Positions 12,652-26,509 of a stretch of DNA of 64,000 bases are shown here, piece after piece. Position 1 is the stretch's first letter. Every line of letters starts with the position of its first letter. Made by a program: the position numbers and the translations under genes. The notes beneath the pieces are model-generated. The model did no database searches. It was given only the letters and a program-made list of their open reading frames with translations, and was not told the origin of the DNA. Origin of the DNA: Sphagnum compactum. Its lineage: Eukaryota. The stretch lies in NCBI GenBank assembly GCA_965153455.1, contig OZ234493.1:26402213-26466212 (forward strand), in the 5' to 3' direction.

Positions 12652-14234
12652 TAACTCCGGCGGATTTGTTTTACATAACGTGCACCATTTGTAGATTGCC
12701 CGGGTGTTTTCATTTCCGTGGGTTTGAACTTTTAGACTCTGGGCTGGCCGTATACTTGAACTGGTCTTCTTTTTCTTGTTCCATACCTGCTGCATAATTG
12801 CATGTGAGGACACTTGGTGCTAACTACAGTTTTGTAGCTCGAGATTCAAAGTTTTTCAATAACTGTACATATAGACACTCTTCTACAACATTTTGACTGT
12901 GGTCACATTGACCCATCTGCACCACATGTTATGTTTGATCATATCTCAACTAGAAAAAATAGATTTTGAATCCAATCCAACAATTTTTAATTCAAGCAGC
13001 CATGTGTATGATTTTGTGTTGTAATGCCAGTTTCCTTTTGCTTGTTAACAAATTATTGGTGTAAGTATATGCTTGAAGTCTTCTTCTTTTAGGTGAGAGC
13101 TGTTTCCTTGGACCTCTGATTCTATTCAAGTATCTTGTGCACATGGGGGATGTCTAGATCCATGACTGTGTAATTTACTTGCAAGATCTCAAATCCTGAT
13201 CTGTGAATGATTTTCTTTTCTTTGTGCTTGAATAATGTCATTATGCATGGTAATTTTTTGAATTCATGTGTCAGAATGACATCTTTTTCTTCCTCTCTTT
13301 TCACCACATGCCCATTCACCCAATCCTTTAAATTCATTAGCTGGCACTGCTCATCACTCTTAAGATGATGCAAATCAGGCAATAGCACAAATGGGCAGTG
13401 GTAGCAGCAGCTTGCTTTTGGTTTGGACCAAAGTGAGTGACACATCCTAGTTGGATTCTAGTAGTAGTTGAGCAGTGACATAGCCAAGTTGGGTTCTAGT
13501 AGATAGTTGTTGAACAGCTTGTACTTTAACCAGTCTTTCTCCTAACAAGAAGTCATGGACAACCTTGTGAAACTGTTCTGCACTTCTGGAGTGATGTTAT
13601 GGAGAAAGACAATTGAAATTTTTTTTTGGCTCAATTCCAAGTGGTTAAGAGTAACTCAACAAGTTTTGGTTGCAAAACTTGGGTGTAACAAAAATTCTTG
13701 GGCTGGCAGATGCTTTGTGCCTTCTGAAGCCTTGTCCAGCACAAACTGCCCAGCAACACCCACCAATTGATGGAAGAAACCCTATTAGGTACACAACTCA
13801 TTCATGGATGAAACTTAACTAGTGTCAGCTCTGATCTGCTCCAATAGAGAGAGACCCATCACTGTTTTTCCTTCTTTTTGTTTTGGGATAAGAAGCACCC
13901 TCTGGCATGTTATTGGCAGTTCTCACACACAACATACACATGATCCAGCAGTTCACTTGTTTGTTGTTGGTGGCACTGTGTCATCCATTACTTGTTTTTC
14001 AAGTTACTATTTTATAGGTAGGCAATTCTCTTTTGTGGGAGAGATACTGGTACAACACCTCCATCATACCTGTCTTCAAAGTGGGGTGTGTAGGATGGGC
14101 CAGCAGCGTTCAAAAATTGTATGGCAATGAGCCAAGCCAGGTCCTTCACCATGTCATCTTGCAATGAAAATCATTGGACAAGTTTGCATGGATGGTTTCT
14201 CCCCTTACTTGGACATTATGTAACTCAGTGTCAT

Positions 14235-14410
14235 TTTTTAGGAATTTTTGTTTGTAGCCAAAGTGGCTATCATCCATAGGAAGATGTACAAAAACCGGGG
14301 ATCATCATCCCGAGGAAGATTTAACCAAAATCTGATTATAAACCAAATACAAAGCACAAATGTTTAATCATCCTTCTATAGCAATCCTTCTACATAAAGA
14401 AATTTCTAAA
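14235..14410 (-). mobile_element. MITE family A partial copy
   Basis: cagtgtcattttt...tttgtagccaaagtggctatcatccatagg is the reverse complement of the family A 3' end. Confidence 0.7.
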
Positions 14411-16984
14411 AGAAAACACTGGACTGTAGCTGCCTTGAAAACTGAATGTGCCCATTTTGCCTTTGGTGTGCAACATGCTATGTATGAGTCATCATTGGCT
14501 TTGCTCAGTTACTGGGTACAAAATAACTGTCTTGAAAATGGATGTGATCATTTTTGCCTTTGGTGTTAGGTATGCTCAAGAAGTAGGATTCATGATTGGC
14601 TTTGTTCAGTTACCTACTGGGTACAAAACCAGGGCCAAGTTTTATTTCATGTTTTCCACTTTGCTGGCCACTTCAGCTGATGATATAGCTTGGCTGCCAT
14701 GGGGAAAAATCCCAAATACTCTGCTTTTCAGAAAATAATTGATTTTTCTGAAAAGGTTAGTATTGTCAAAAGAGATGTTGGGCATTATTAGTTTGGCACC
14801 CAACACTATTGAACCAAATAAGATTATACATGAAAGCCACTGAATCAAGTATACACTCAAATCTTTTGTTTTGTTAAGGAAAATAAAATGCATCACACAC
14901 CAAGTAGGGAGGATCCCACATTTGGAAGCCAATAAGAGACACAAAATTGTAATATCATATATGCAAACACTCACAAGCTTTGGAAAAAACAAAACAACAA
15001 ATGAGCTTCCAATACCTCATCCATAAGATAACTATAGGAAGAGCTAATTTTTGTGAATCTTGTTCACAAGGATTGGATTTCGGGTATACACTAGACACCT
15101 AAATGTTTATGTGCTATTAGGTGAATGCCCAACACTGGTGAACCCTAGTCATCACATGAATAAAAGATGAATTTCAAGATCTCCCCTAGTTGGGAACTGA
15201 AATCTTTTAATACCAAATAATTTACTTAGTTTGTTGATTTGTTGAGATACAATAGCAAGAGATAACCTATGGAAAGACATTTTGGTTCTAAACAACATGA
15301 GATCAACAGGTCAAGGAGCCTCATTAGTACTCAGCTAACTATAATCACTAATTCCAAATGAAATGACAATTGTCACCATCAATGATTTCATTTATCTATA
15401 TATAATAACAATGAGGCCTAACATATAATATAGATAATAGAACCATATTTGTTTAACTCATCTAAGGGACACCCTCCCCTATTGGCATTAAATAGTAGGG
15501 GGTGGTGTCATATAGCCCATATGTCTTTCTTGGTTGTGGATAAGATGGTTTGGGGGGCAAGCACTAAAAAAGGGTAATGAGTTGAATGCGACAAACCCAC
15601 ACAACAACCCAAGCAAGAAAATGATTTTTGACTATACTCAAACCGTGATAATTGCTTTAAGTATCTAGCTTGCACCACCATTTTAAGAAAAAGGTTGTAG
15701 TGTTGTGTGGGTAGAATCCCTTGTTCAACCCAAAGGTTCAAGTTTAGATTCTTTTTTCAAATTTTAAATTTTTTTCACAAAATAATGAAAAAAGAAGATG
15801 TAGTTTATGGACAACTTGTAAAACAAGTTGCCTTGTGAGCCAAGAAGAAACCCTAAAACAAAAGTTTCAAAAGTTATTGCCCTAAGTTTGTGGTTCAAGC
15901 ATCACCGTAAGCATTCATGATCACATTGATCATACATTGCTCTAGAATTGTTTTGTTTTGTTTTTTGTGTGTTATGTTGTCCAAGTGAAAGAGAAGAAAC
16001 GTGGGCATTCTACTCCTTTTGTTTTATAAAAGAATCAGCAAGTTCATCAGGTTTGTTTCTTGCTCGTCATGGTAGATTATTGATTATTAGTTCCAATTGG
16101 TTGGTTGAATTGTGGGAGGATGTGAAGTTTCTGTTATTTGAAGGAGGTTGAATCAACAAGGAGGGCAAAACTTAAAACTGAGGAGGATGAAAAAGAAGTT
16201 AAGTATTTTTCATCAATAAAGATTTGTGAGGAATATGTGTGCTTAGAATGCATTTAGAGATGAATGTTTTATGTGCGTAGGTTTGTTCTCCACAATTTCA
16301 CTACATTAGAGATACAATATTTTACATATTAATTTTTTCATAAGTTGGTGGTGAAAATGATGCAAAATTCAAAGGATTCATGAATGACCTGCATCAAATG
16401 AAATAAAATTGGGTGTTGGGAAATGGGAGTTGGTATGAGAAGAAGTGAGTGCTTTGGTTGGCGCTCTAAGTTTGGTATCTATAGCCAATCCATCTATCTA
16501 AGTTTGGGACAAAATTTTGTTGATCCTTTGCTTCTTCAAGTTTTTGGATGACGATGGGATTCTTTCCTTGTAAAAGTTCCTGGGATTTAGAGAATGTGGG
16601 AGTGAAGCAATGTCATTTAGAAGTCAGTTGATGCTCAATGAGAATGATTACAAAACATTTTGATTCACCTAAAATTTCGGGTTTAGAATGAAATGTTGAA
16701 TAGTTTAATTTAGGGTAAGATTGTGTTATAGTCAACATAAACCATTAGCATCAATAATAGAAGGACAACATTGTAATTCCATCTTCTTTTTCTTTTTAGG
16801 CTATAGCCTCATGAAGACATGAACTTGTACCTTTTCGAGGGAGAAGGAGATTTGTAATTTCATGAAGAGAAGGGCTTTCAACCAAGTAAATATGGGAACA
16901 TGGGGGAAATTGTGTTGATGAAACCTTGCAAACTTCATAAAAAGAAAGCACCCCAAAAAGGGGAGAAATCTTGTTTGTTCAAAA

Positions 16985-17180
16985 GAACTTGGGCTAAACT
17001 TGGGTTATCACAAGGAACCATGTTTTGGGCCCATTTTCTTTGAAAAAACATGTTTCTTTGTGGAACTTGGGCCCATTCTCTTAGGCAAATGTGTTCCCCT
17101 AAAGAAATATGTTCCATGGAACAAAAAGGCCCAAGTTCTTTGTTTTGGGCCCATTTGCCACGGGGAACCATGTTTTTTTT
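16985..17180. repeat. Short degenerate tandem/inverted repeats (ggaaccatgtttt, ttgggcccatt)
   Basis: ttgggcccatt x3 and ggaaccatgtttt x2; typical of transposon subterminal arrays. Confidence 0.6.
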
Positions 17181-17599
17181 TAAAAATACACAATCATTTC
17201 CCAACAATGACTATCCTTCCTAGATGAAAATCATCCATGATGAAAATTTCCATTGTAAAAATATTTGAACCTAAGATCTCACATTTAAAGTGGAAGTGAC
17301 CAACCACTATGCAACACCATTTAATTTACAAAAATATTGAATCTTGTCCACACTTAACAGAATCATCACAATTGGGGGACATTTCAAAACAAATTTAAAG
17401 ATTAATTTCTTAGTGGGCATCCTTGTGAACATGTGTACTTTGTGTTGAAGATTGAACTTCATTTAACTTGTTATGCTTGTTTAGTGTTTGCCTCCTTAGG
17501 GATGTATCTATCTCACCTAACCATAAATATGAAATGAATGGCATGGTGCACTATTGCACATATGATCTTTCAAAAGCCAACCATTTTATCCTTCCAAAA

Positions 17600-19520
17600 C
17601 CAATATTATTACATGTTATTATTTATTACAAGTTGATCCAAATTCATCCAATTAAGTTTGATATCCAAATATGTTTTTTTGTGCAGATGTTTATCATCGA
17701 AAAATACTCATCATTTAATTATTTGGCAAAGCTTTCATATACTAAACCCAAAGCAATGTTTTTTCCATATCATTTAACATGTATGGCGGAATTAATGTGA
17801 TGCAAATTATACATGTTTTCTCAATTGGCCTAAATTTTTTGAATTGAATGCAAAACTATATATAGTTATTCAAAAATTAGTATACTATGCATAACACCTT
17901 TTATGCATCTAAGGTCTATATTGAATTCCATGTATTCTTCAACATTTAACACCTTTGAATCATGTCATAATCTCAATGGATGAACTTAATGATCCATCAA
18001 CTGACAATCATGCATCCACCTCTCCCCAAGTGGGCTTAGTGCCAAAATAAGAAAACAACCAAATGTCATTTGTAATTTGAAAAACATGTTCGATAACAAT
18101 GGAAAATTGAATGTGAAGTAAAAAAAAATTAGATGTTCATGCATTGTTCAATGGTGTAATTGATTATAAGTCAAGTTAAGAATTCAAATAACTAGTAGTT
18201 GTTACTTCCAACATGGAAAATATTGTCAATTCTAAAACCGTTACTACATAAAAAAATGGTTTTTCTCACACAAAAAATTGTGACGCATGACACATGTGTG
18301 AGGTGTATTGTGCCATATATTACATTAAAATGACAATTTGACATTAGGCAATTTCATATTTTAATCAAAATTTTAAAAAAAATGCTCTACATGATAACAT
18401 AAAACATACCATGGTTTTTATCTGATTAGATTAGTTGTTCATTTTACAAAATCATGATTCTTACTAATATTCCCATTCCTGGGATTTTGTTGTCCCTAGT
18501 AAGAGGAAGAAGTTTCATTATGATACTTCACATAACAGTTTAGGTTAGTGAAAGTAGTGGCAATAATTTGGAGCTAATTGTTTTTCTAATTCTTGAATAT
18601 CCATGTACATAGTTGCTTTGCATTTCAAATATGTGTTTGTTTTTTTGTTTTTTTATTGCAGTTTGTTAATTTCATTTTGTCATTTTGTAGTAATATGCAA
18701 CTCAAATTACACTTAACATACTAATATTCATATTCCCATGATAACAAATATCAAAAGGGATTGAAAAGTAAGACAATATTCATACCAAACTAATAAGCGA
18801 AACCCCCCCCCCCCCCCCCCCAACATACCAAGAAATTTGGTAACTAATTTTCAAAAAATTTAAATACCTAGACTAGTTTGGTAAGTCAAGATGGACTTAC
18901 CATTACAACATTGGTTTAAACAAACATCTACATTGTTCATAAAAAATGTTCTGTTTACATGGGCCACCAAGGGAAAAATGAAAAGGAGATTGATTGACAA
19001 GTCATTTCTTATTCTTGGTTTCTATTGTAGTACATTGACCATCAATGTACCCAAAATCATTTGTAAAATGTTTATAACAAACCCTAGTTCACCACACCAT
19101 TCACAATTTAACCTTATTGGGCATAAATCATGGGCATTATGGTTGTGCCACAAAAAAACCTTCAATTGAAAGTTCCAAGGAGAACCATTCAATAACATGG
19201 TTGTGACAATGTAGGTACCACATTTTCAACCAAAATAAAACATTAAAAATGCATGTTTTTCAATTAAAAAAATATTGCTTACCCTTTTTCGGAGTCATCA
19301 TAGACTTTTCACTCGTGCCACAAATCTTGAACATTGCAAAGATTCCACCATAGACCTTTCACACATGTCACAATCTTGAACATTAAAAAGATTTTGCCAT
19401 AAAACCTCCATAGAGCTTTTGTAATAGAACTTCCAAAAAGTTTTTGTAAAACTTCTGCAGAGTTTTGGCACATGTAATAAAGCACTTGTTTCATAATGTT
19501 GAACTCCATTTAATGGACAT
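17600..19520 (-). pseudogene. Possible heavily decayed hAT-like (ZNF862-type) transposase
   Basis: Only fragmentary motifs after frameshift correction, e.g. FG.DG.NVLQ and VAH.NRT near 18950-19060. Confidence 0.25.
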
Positions 19521-19609
19521 TGCAATGGAGAATTTGCTTCTTCAATGGACACTATGAGGGGAAAAGGGAAAAGTAAAAGAAGTGAGAATATCTCACGCTC
19601 GTGCAACTC

Positions 19610-20113
19610 AAATTAGAAGCAAGATGAAGTCTTCAGGTTGATTGATTACAAACACAAATAACACAATGCCTTGAAACATATCTTCATTCCAAGAAAAAAT
19701 ATGATTCTTATCACACAAAGATGGACCAATTTTTTTGAAGAATCACAAGCAATTACAAGATCAAAGACTTCATGCAATGGCAAGATGTGTAAGACAAATG
19801 GAATTTCCTCAATGGCAATTACAAGCGGATCTTAGACTATCATGAAGGTACAAGTCATAACACTTCCTATTGGGAAATGAATGTAGAAGAGAAAGAAAAA
19901 GAAAAATTCCACTTACCTAGACAATTCAATGAGGAATGCTACAATGTTATCAATGTGTTTCAAAGGGAAATAAATGTCAATACACCAATGCATGTGTGGG
20001 ACTTACAAGGATTAAGTGATGGCATTTATGTGCAATCAAAAGAAGGATATGAAAAAATTGTCCTTGTGGGATTGTTCATGTGTAGGATTTGTGCAAGGAT
20101 GATGATGCCCTAG
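19610..20113 (+). pseudogene. Decayed trihelix/Myb-SANT ORF, likely the DNA-binding ORF of a PIF/Harbinger element
   Basis: In frame from 19793: DKWNFLNGNYKRILDYHEGTSHNTSYWEMNVEEKEKEKFHLPRQFNEECYNVI, a trihelix motif (KW.NL..DYKKI...SYW.M...LP..F). Frameshifts and stops on both sides. Confidence 0.65.
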
Positions 20114-20809
20114 AAAATAGCCAAGACAATCAATTACAATTTGGTCACAACTTCAACCAAGGAAATAATCTAAAGAACATCATAAACCTTGATGACTATT
20201 CAACACAATCCTTTTGAAGCAATCATCTTTGGTATCCTCTAATCATTTATCTTGGAGAAGGATTTTAGTATTGCACAAAACTTGTGAACAATGGAGAGCA
20301 ACCAACAACTTTAGTAAAAGAAATGTTTTGGAACATTGGATTGAAAAAGAAACATGCATCTATTTTCATGTCGATCATCAAGGCAACAAACAAAAAAATA
20401 TATAATCGTCAATGCAATGGATTGGATCAATACAATTCAATTGGACATTGACAAGGGAAAAACAAAACACTTATGCCTTCACTAAATACTCTTTTTGAAT
20501 CTTCATTTAATGAGGAACCATAGGATGTAATTAAAAAGTAATAATTCCAATGAGCATAATATCAATTTTAATGAGCAACAATGAACAATAATGAACAAAA
20601 TTCAAACTCCCAAAAGTCTCCCATCAACTCCATCATATCATTGTTGACATGAAAACATGTGCAAATGTTCCTTCATCTATAACACAACATAAAAAAAATG
20701 AATTATAAAAAGAATAATTATTTCAAGGATCTCATAACAAAAGAGAGAAGATGATGATGGTTTGCAATTGCAAAGATCAAGAGAAAGTTGGTGCCACACA
20801 AGACGCAAC

Positions 20810-21060
20810 AACAACAACAGGAAGGAAGTTTTGAAAAAACTTTGTGAACAAATGACATACACTTGGTTTTGAACAAGAAGTACCAACAAGAAGGAAACTT
20901 TGAAAGAACTTTGCAAACAAATGACACAAACTTGGCAACATGTAAAAAATAACAATGGAAAGGAAGTTTTGAAAGAACTTTGCAAGCAAATGATAAACAC
21001 TTGGCATTGCTAAAGAAACAACAATTGGAATTGAGAGAAACTTGAGAGCAAAACATGCAA
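20810..21060. repeat. Tandem repeat, ~70-bp unit x3
   Basis: gaaggaa.t.ttgaaa.aactttg..aacaaatga.a.a.acttgg at ~20820, ~20890 and ~20958. Confidence 0.75.
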
Positions 21061-21379
21061 ACAAACGTGTGAATGCATAAATAAAAAATTGTAAATAGAT
21101 GCACAACAACAAAAAATTGAATAGAGGGTTAAATATTCATTAAACATTTCAAATCATGTACAATAAATTTTATTTGGTAATCAATGTTAATATTTTGTAA
21201 TGACTTTCAATAAAATTTACTCACTTTAAAAATACCTAGCAATTGAAGATGAAATCAAGAGTTGAAGATGAAATTAAGTCCAAACTTAAAACCATTTAAA
21301 AGATAAGTCTAGGTATAAAAAACTCAATCAACTCTTTTTGAGGTGTCAATTGTATAGTATTCCATATATAATGTAATAG

Positions 21380-21672
21380 GATTTTTTTACTAAAAGTTTG
21401 CCAAAGATTGAAATTACAAAGAAAAATATAGAAATTGAAGTGATTTTGGAAGGTTTCAATTGCCATAATTGAGAAAAAAATCACTAGAGATCAACATTTG
21501 GTTTTTAATGGGTAGCCATAAATATTGTAGGTTGATTAAAGATTTCTATTTCAAGTCTATTTTATAGCCAAATTTGGCTAAATCTTCCCAGTGATGGTTG
21601 CCATTTTTTCTTCATCTTCCTATGGATGATTGCCACTTAGGCTACGAAAAAAAATAATTCCTAAAAGACATT
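21380..21672 (+). mobile_element. MITE family A copy
   Basis: gtagccataaatat...tatagccaaatttggctaaatcttc...tatggatgattgccacttaggctac. Confidence 0.75.
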
Positions 21673-22463
21673 GTGCAATGTAGGTTTCGACATGTGATGC
21701 TTATCTACATAAGAAGTTGGAAATTGCACACTTTTTTGCTTTCATTATAGCAAAACTTTTTTCCACCAACCAAATTAAAAGACAAGTGCAATTTTCTCTT
21801 TGTGTACAAGTTAATTTCAAAAACTCACATGTTCCTACCTTCTGAAAGAACCAAATAGTTTGGATATTTGTGAACTTTGATTTTGTGTAAATCCACGATA
21901 AATTTCTGAATAAAAATTGGTGAAACATAGACTTAAGTTTGCTTTTAAATAAAAGGAAAGTGCTTAGTTGGTAGATGATGAATTTTAGGCACACTTACAT
22001 GGATATTGTTGAACAAGCTCACCCATTACATAATAAGGTGACCAACACATGGTTGCCTTTTTGACCGTTCACCAATATATGTTTCATAATGAACATTGTT
22101 GTCTGGTCACCACTACTAGAATGCATAATCCATTTGCCAAAGGGAAGGAACACTATACTTCAAAGTAGAACCTTCTATTTTGGGGAGTCTCCATAGTCTT
22201 TTTTTAAAAAAAAATTTATTTGAGTGATGGGCCAATTAAATTGGCTCATTGCAATAAATTTAAAATATTTTTAAAAAATTTAATTTAAAAAAAAAAAAAA
22301 AAAAAACTTGAGAGGCAGGTGATCTAATTATGCAAAGCACAATAGGAGATGGGGTTGCACCCACAGTTTTTTTTAAAGTAATTTTGAAAAGGATATCCAG
22401 CAGTCCCATTGTGTTTGGCAATAGTGAAAATATTAGTGATATGTACCCCCATTGGGCAAATCC

Positions 22464-23072
22464 CAATGTTGGCCGGTTCTTTGTTTCAAAAATTTTTTGG
22501 CCAGGTGGGTTCTTCGAATTTAAAAAACCACCACACATGTATTATATACGCAAAAAAAATGTACCCACATGGTATCAATACGAGTCTCTAAATAATATAC
22601 TCAGTAACCAAATTTTTCAGATATTATTTGGCAATCCTCACAAAATATACATAAAGGGAAATTTTTAGAACAAGTGACCTAAGAATCACCTAATATGTAC
22701 CCATAATGCAAAAGACTTGGTTTTAAAAAAAACACCCGAGCTAGAAATCACCTATTATGATGTCAAGGTAAGTTCAAGAATTTAGGAAATTTTTGGTGGG
22801 TATTGGTGACAAAAGGGATTTAGGGTTTAGAGATAACCGCCGACCTGAAACACAAGTGTTCACACCCGTGTTTAGGTGAGGTATTAGTTTTTCCTGAAGT
22901 GAGGAGAGTAGACCAACAAAAGTCTTGATGGGTATTTACAAAGTTAATACCAAGGAGGTAGGATTAGTAGCTCATTTTGATCAAAATCCACACTAGGCAG
23001 GATGCTTTTCTATACCCTACCTTGGAACCCAACTGGCTACCCAGGTCAAAAATCAATACCTGGCTAACACTA
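22464..23072. mobile_element. hAT-type non-autonomous element, ~610 bp
   Basis: Imperfect TIRs caatgttggccgg / ctggctaacacta. Flanks gcaaatcc / gttaattc match 5/8, a possible decayed 8-bp TSD. Confidence 0.55.
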
Positions 23073-24207
23073 GTTAATTCCTAACCAATTTTCCCATATC
23101 TTTGTCACAAAGCCATCATGTTATTCCTGGTCAAATCTTAATACAAAATTAGGCATCAAATGACATATGTGAGCAGTTCCCATGATCTTACCCAACATAA
23201 GTAAAATTGGGTTTGTGCTTCCAAGTTCCCAGGCATATCTGGCCTTTGCATGAAACCTGTACAACAAGGATGCAATGGAACACAGTTTTACATGATCCCA
23301 GATTTCTTTTTCGAGGAGACAAGATACATGATAACTCTAAAACCAATAGGGAAGAAATCAGCATATTTATTGTGTTAGCATGGGCCAATGTAATGTGTGT
23401 AGACTTGTGAAAAGGGTACATTGATGCTCTCTATGCCTATGATTGACCCAAATTGCGCCTCTTTGGAATAAAGTATGACATTTTACTATAGAAAGAGAGA
23501 GGCTCACAATTGGGTTTGTAGATGATTATAGCATAAGTATTTAACACAATCTGTTCACATGACCCTCCCCTCAAAGCTTTGCTGATAGCTTCCAGTTTTG
23601 CCACTCGTAGCATCTCTTCACACGTTTTCAATCTTACCTTTAGGGAAAGCACTTGGAGAAAATCATTAGTATCTTTGGAAACAGCTTACAGATGTGAATA
23701 TTCCTCCTAAACAAAGAGGAAGGATCTTTTTGCCTATGCCAAACTATTTAGGAATGGGAGGGAGCTTTGTATAGGGGGAGGCTCTTAGTGGCTTTCACCC
23801 CATGAATCGAGAGTTAAACCCAATGTTTAGGTTGGAAGGCATCGATAGTAATGCCTCTTCCTTTGTAAAAGCATTTAAATGAATGTTGCAAATCACATTA
23901 CAACAAATCCCCCCCACCCCCCTTTCAAGGGATATTACATATAATTTCCTTTGTCTCAAAGTGGTTGGGGAGATCCTCCAAACTAAACATTGTTTTCAGT
24001 GGAGGTTTTCACATTTTAAAATAAGATTATGATCTCTCCCATTTGTAAATAGTAGGCATAAGATCCCCTCTATTTCCTTGTCATCTACTTATGTTTAGGC
24101 TTCTGATAAGGCTCACCTCATGCATTATGGTGTACAAGCACTACAGGTAGGGAGGGGCTTTACCCAATTTATAATGGGAGTATGAATTCCCTTGGAAAAC
24201 TGTGGAT

Positions 24208-24462
24208 TACCATAGCCTAGGGTCAGTTTCCATGTTGACAAAACAAATTTTTTTTTTCTCAAAAAAATTCGTTTTTTAATTTTGAAATTACTTTTTTTTT
24301 CATCATCTACTATAATATTGTGATATGAGTAATGAAATTATTCAGAGTGTAACCTATGATAATTATGATGATTTTCAACATATCAATATCATATTTCCAC
24401 AAAATTTTATTTCACTATTTTTAGGATTAATTTAATGATGAAACTGACCTTAGGGTAAGGTA
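24208..24462 (+). mobile_element. Tc1/mariner-type MITE (TA-flanked), copy 1
   Basis: TIRs TA-ccatagcctagggtcagtttc ... gaaactgaccttagggtaagg-TA; an inverted homologue lies at 25692-25952. Confidence 0.85.
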
Positions 24463-25691
24463 CTTCAATTTATGATGTGCATAATATAAAATAAATATGA
24501 TTGTGTTTATGGTAGGTGTGCAGCCACGAGCTTGAAGTCCATTGAAGGGGGCAAATTATCTTTTGGGCTCTTGGCTTTTGAAGTTTGACACCACATTAGT
24601 TTAGCTTAATAGGTCACTTACTCTTTAAATCATAGAATTGCAGAAAACTTAGTTTTGCAACCAGTGCACTTTGGATTTCACCTTTAGGGCGCCACCTGCC
24701 TGATCCGACATGAGCAATCTAACCTTGTTATCTCAACTTCCCTTGCTTGATTGTAGCTGAAATTTTTACAAAATACTTTTAAGTGACTTTGAATGTTGTG
24801 AATAGTAGTACATTGGATAAAATTTCTAACTAAGGTTCCCAATAGAGGTAGAATAAGTGTAAAAAGGATTTAGGTAGCCTTCACACTTGGTGTTAGCACC
24901 TTTTGTGTTAGGGCCACTAACACTCAATTCACCATTTCTAAAATGCTAGGCACCACCTCACAACTCATCATTTTTAGTGGCCTAGGCAGTGTTCGATTCA
25001 CATATGATGGCCATTCCTACTTCTTTTTGGAAAAGTTAGCTAACATGTACTTTTATGATTTACACATGTAATAGTTTTTTGTGGTGGTAGCTAGCAACTT
25101 CTATTTTCCAAGCATCATCACATCATCATGCAACATGCGTCAACTTCTCTTGCTACTGCATTTTTGTTCTTTAGCACAATTTGTCACTCCATTTCATCAC
25201 ATTCCCCAAATTTACACGATGTGCTCTCTTCCTTTGCTTCACCATTCTTGAACTATTCACTCATGTCTTCTACTACTCTATTACTCTAAATTCAAGAATT
25301 AAGACTTACTTTTTCCTTTGATAGCTCCAATTCCTCATTGTACCCGAACATAGAATTGTCGAAGTCTGTGGTCAATTGCAACAAGAATGCTGGTTAGCAA
25401 TGATGTCTGCAATGATGGTTTGCAACAATGGAGGTTTGTTGCAACACTAGAGCTCATTGTGGAGCTCTAGGATACCTCTATGTAGACACACAGCTTAGGA
25501 TATGGGCTAGGTCACTGACAATAAGGCTCTTTAACATCCAAGGAAAAATGTTTCCCTGCTCCTAGTTCCGTGTGACTCTTGAAAGTATCCAGAGCAAGGA
25601 AGAGCCTATCAAGCTGCTCGCGAGGAAACCAATTGGTTCAATTTGAGGAGGCATTTTACAAGTCAATAGCTTGAACCCTTAGAGCAGCAAA

Positions 25692-25952
25692 TACCTTACC
25701 CTAAGGTCAGTTTCGTCATTAAATAATCCTCAAAATAGTGAAATGAAAATTTGTGAAAATAATAATGGCATTGACATGTTGAAAAATTATCATAAATTAT
25801 CATAGGCTAAACACTCTGAATAATTTCACTACTCCTATCACAATATTATAGTAGATGATGGAAAAATACATAAATAAAAAATTAAAAAACAAATTTTTTT
25901 GAAAAAGAATTATTCGTTTTGTCAACGTGGAAACTGACCCTAGGCTACGGTA
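25692..25952 (-). mobile_element. Tc1/mariner-type MITE (TA-flanked), copy 2, inverted relative to copy 1
   Basis: TA-ccttaccctaaggtcagtttc ... gaaactgaccctaggctacgg-TA. The internal sequence is the diverged reverse complement of 24208-24462. Confidence 0.85.
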
Positions 25953-26005
25953 TTTATTGCAAATGACGTTGATTTACCTTTTTGTGCCCTCCTGTGTTCC
26001 CCAAC

Positions 26006-26244
26006 CGGTCATTTTTTTTGGGCAAAAAAACCGCCAAGTGGTGACAAATTTCTGGCGAAAATTCCCCTTTTTTCTCACAACGAATTGGCCAAACTTCCCT
26101 GTACTTTGGGCAGGGTTTGGCCGCCAGTCTGTCTACTGGCTACAATTTTAATGATCCTATACAAAAGCATCGCCAATTAAGGCGAAATCTGTCAGGGTAT
26201 ACTCGCCAGTGTTGCTAGAGTACCAAAAAAGAAAAAAAAGACTG
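26006..26244 (+). mobile_element. MITE family A-related copy
   Basis: cggtcattttt ... aaaaagactg ends, with cgccaa/ggcgaaa subterminal motifs. Confidence 0.55.
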
Positions 26245-26509
26245 GTTCCAATGTGAATTAGTTATGGGCCCATTTTATCCATTGAAAAGGAGTAACAAAT
26301 TTGTCCCCTTGTAGACATAAAAATGCCCAATATCGACAATTTGCATTCATTCACGGTAAGATATATATATATATATATATATTTGTGGGTTTCATATTTC
26401 ATTCCAGTTTACCGCCTGCATATGTCTTTGGGAACCAAAAGCTGTGGTGAACCCAAGAGTGTCACGTGGGGCACCCATTGTTACTTGTATTATTAATTTA
26501 GATGGAGCG

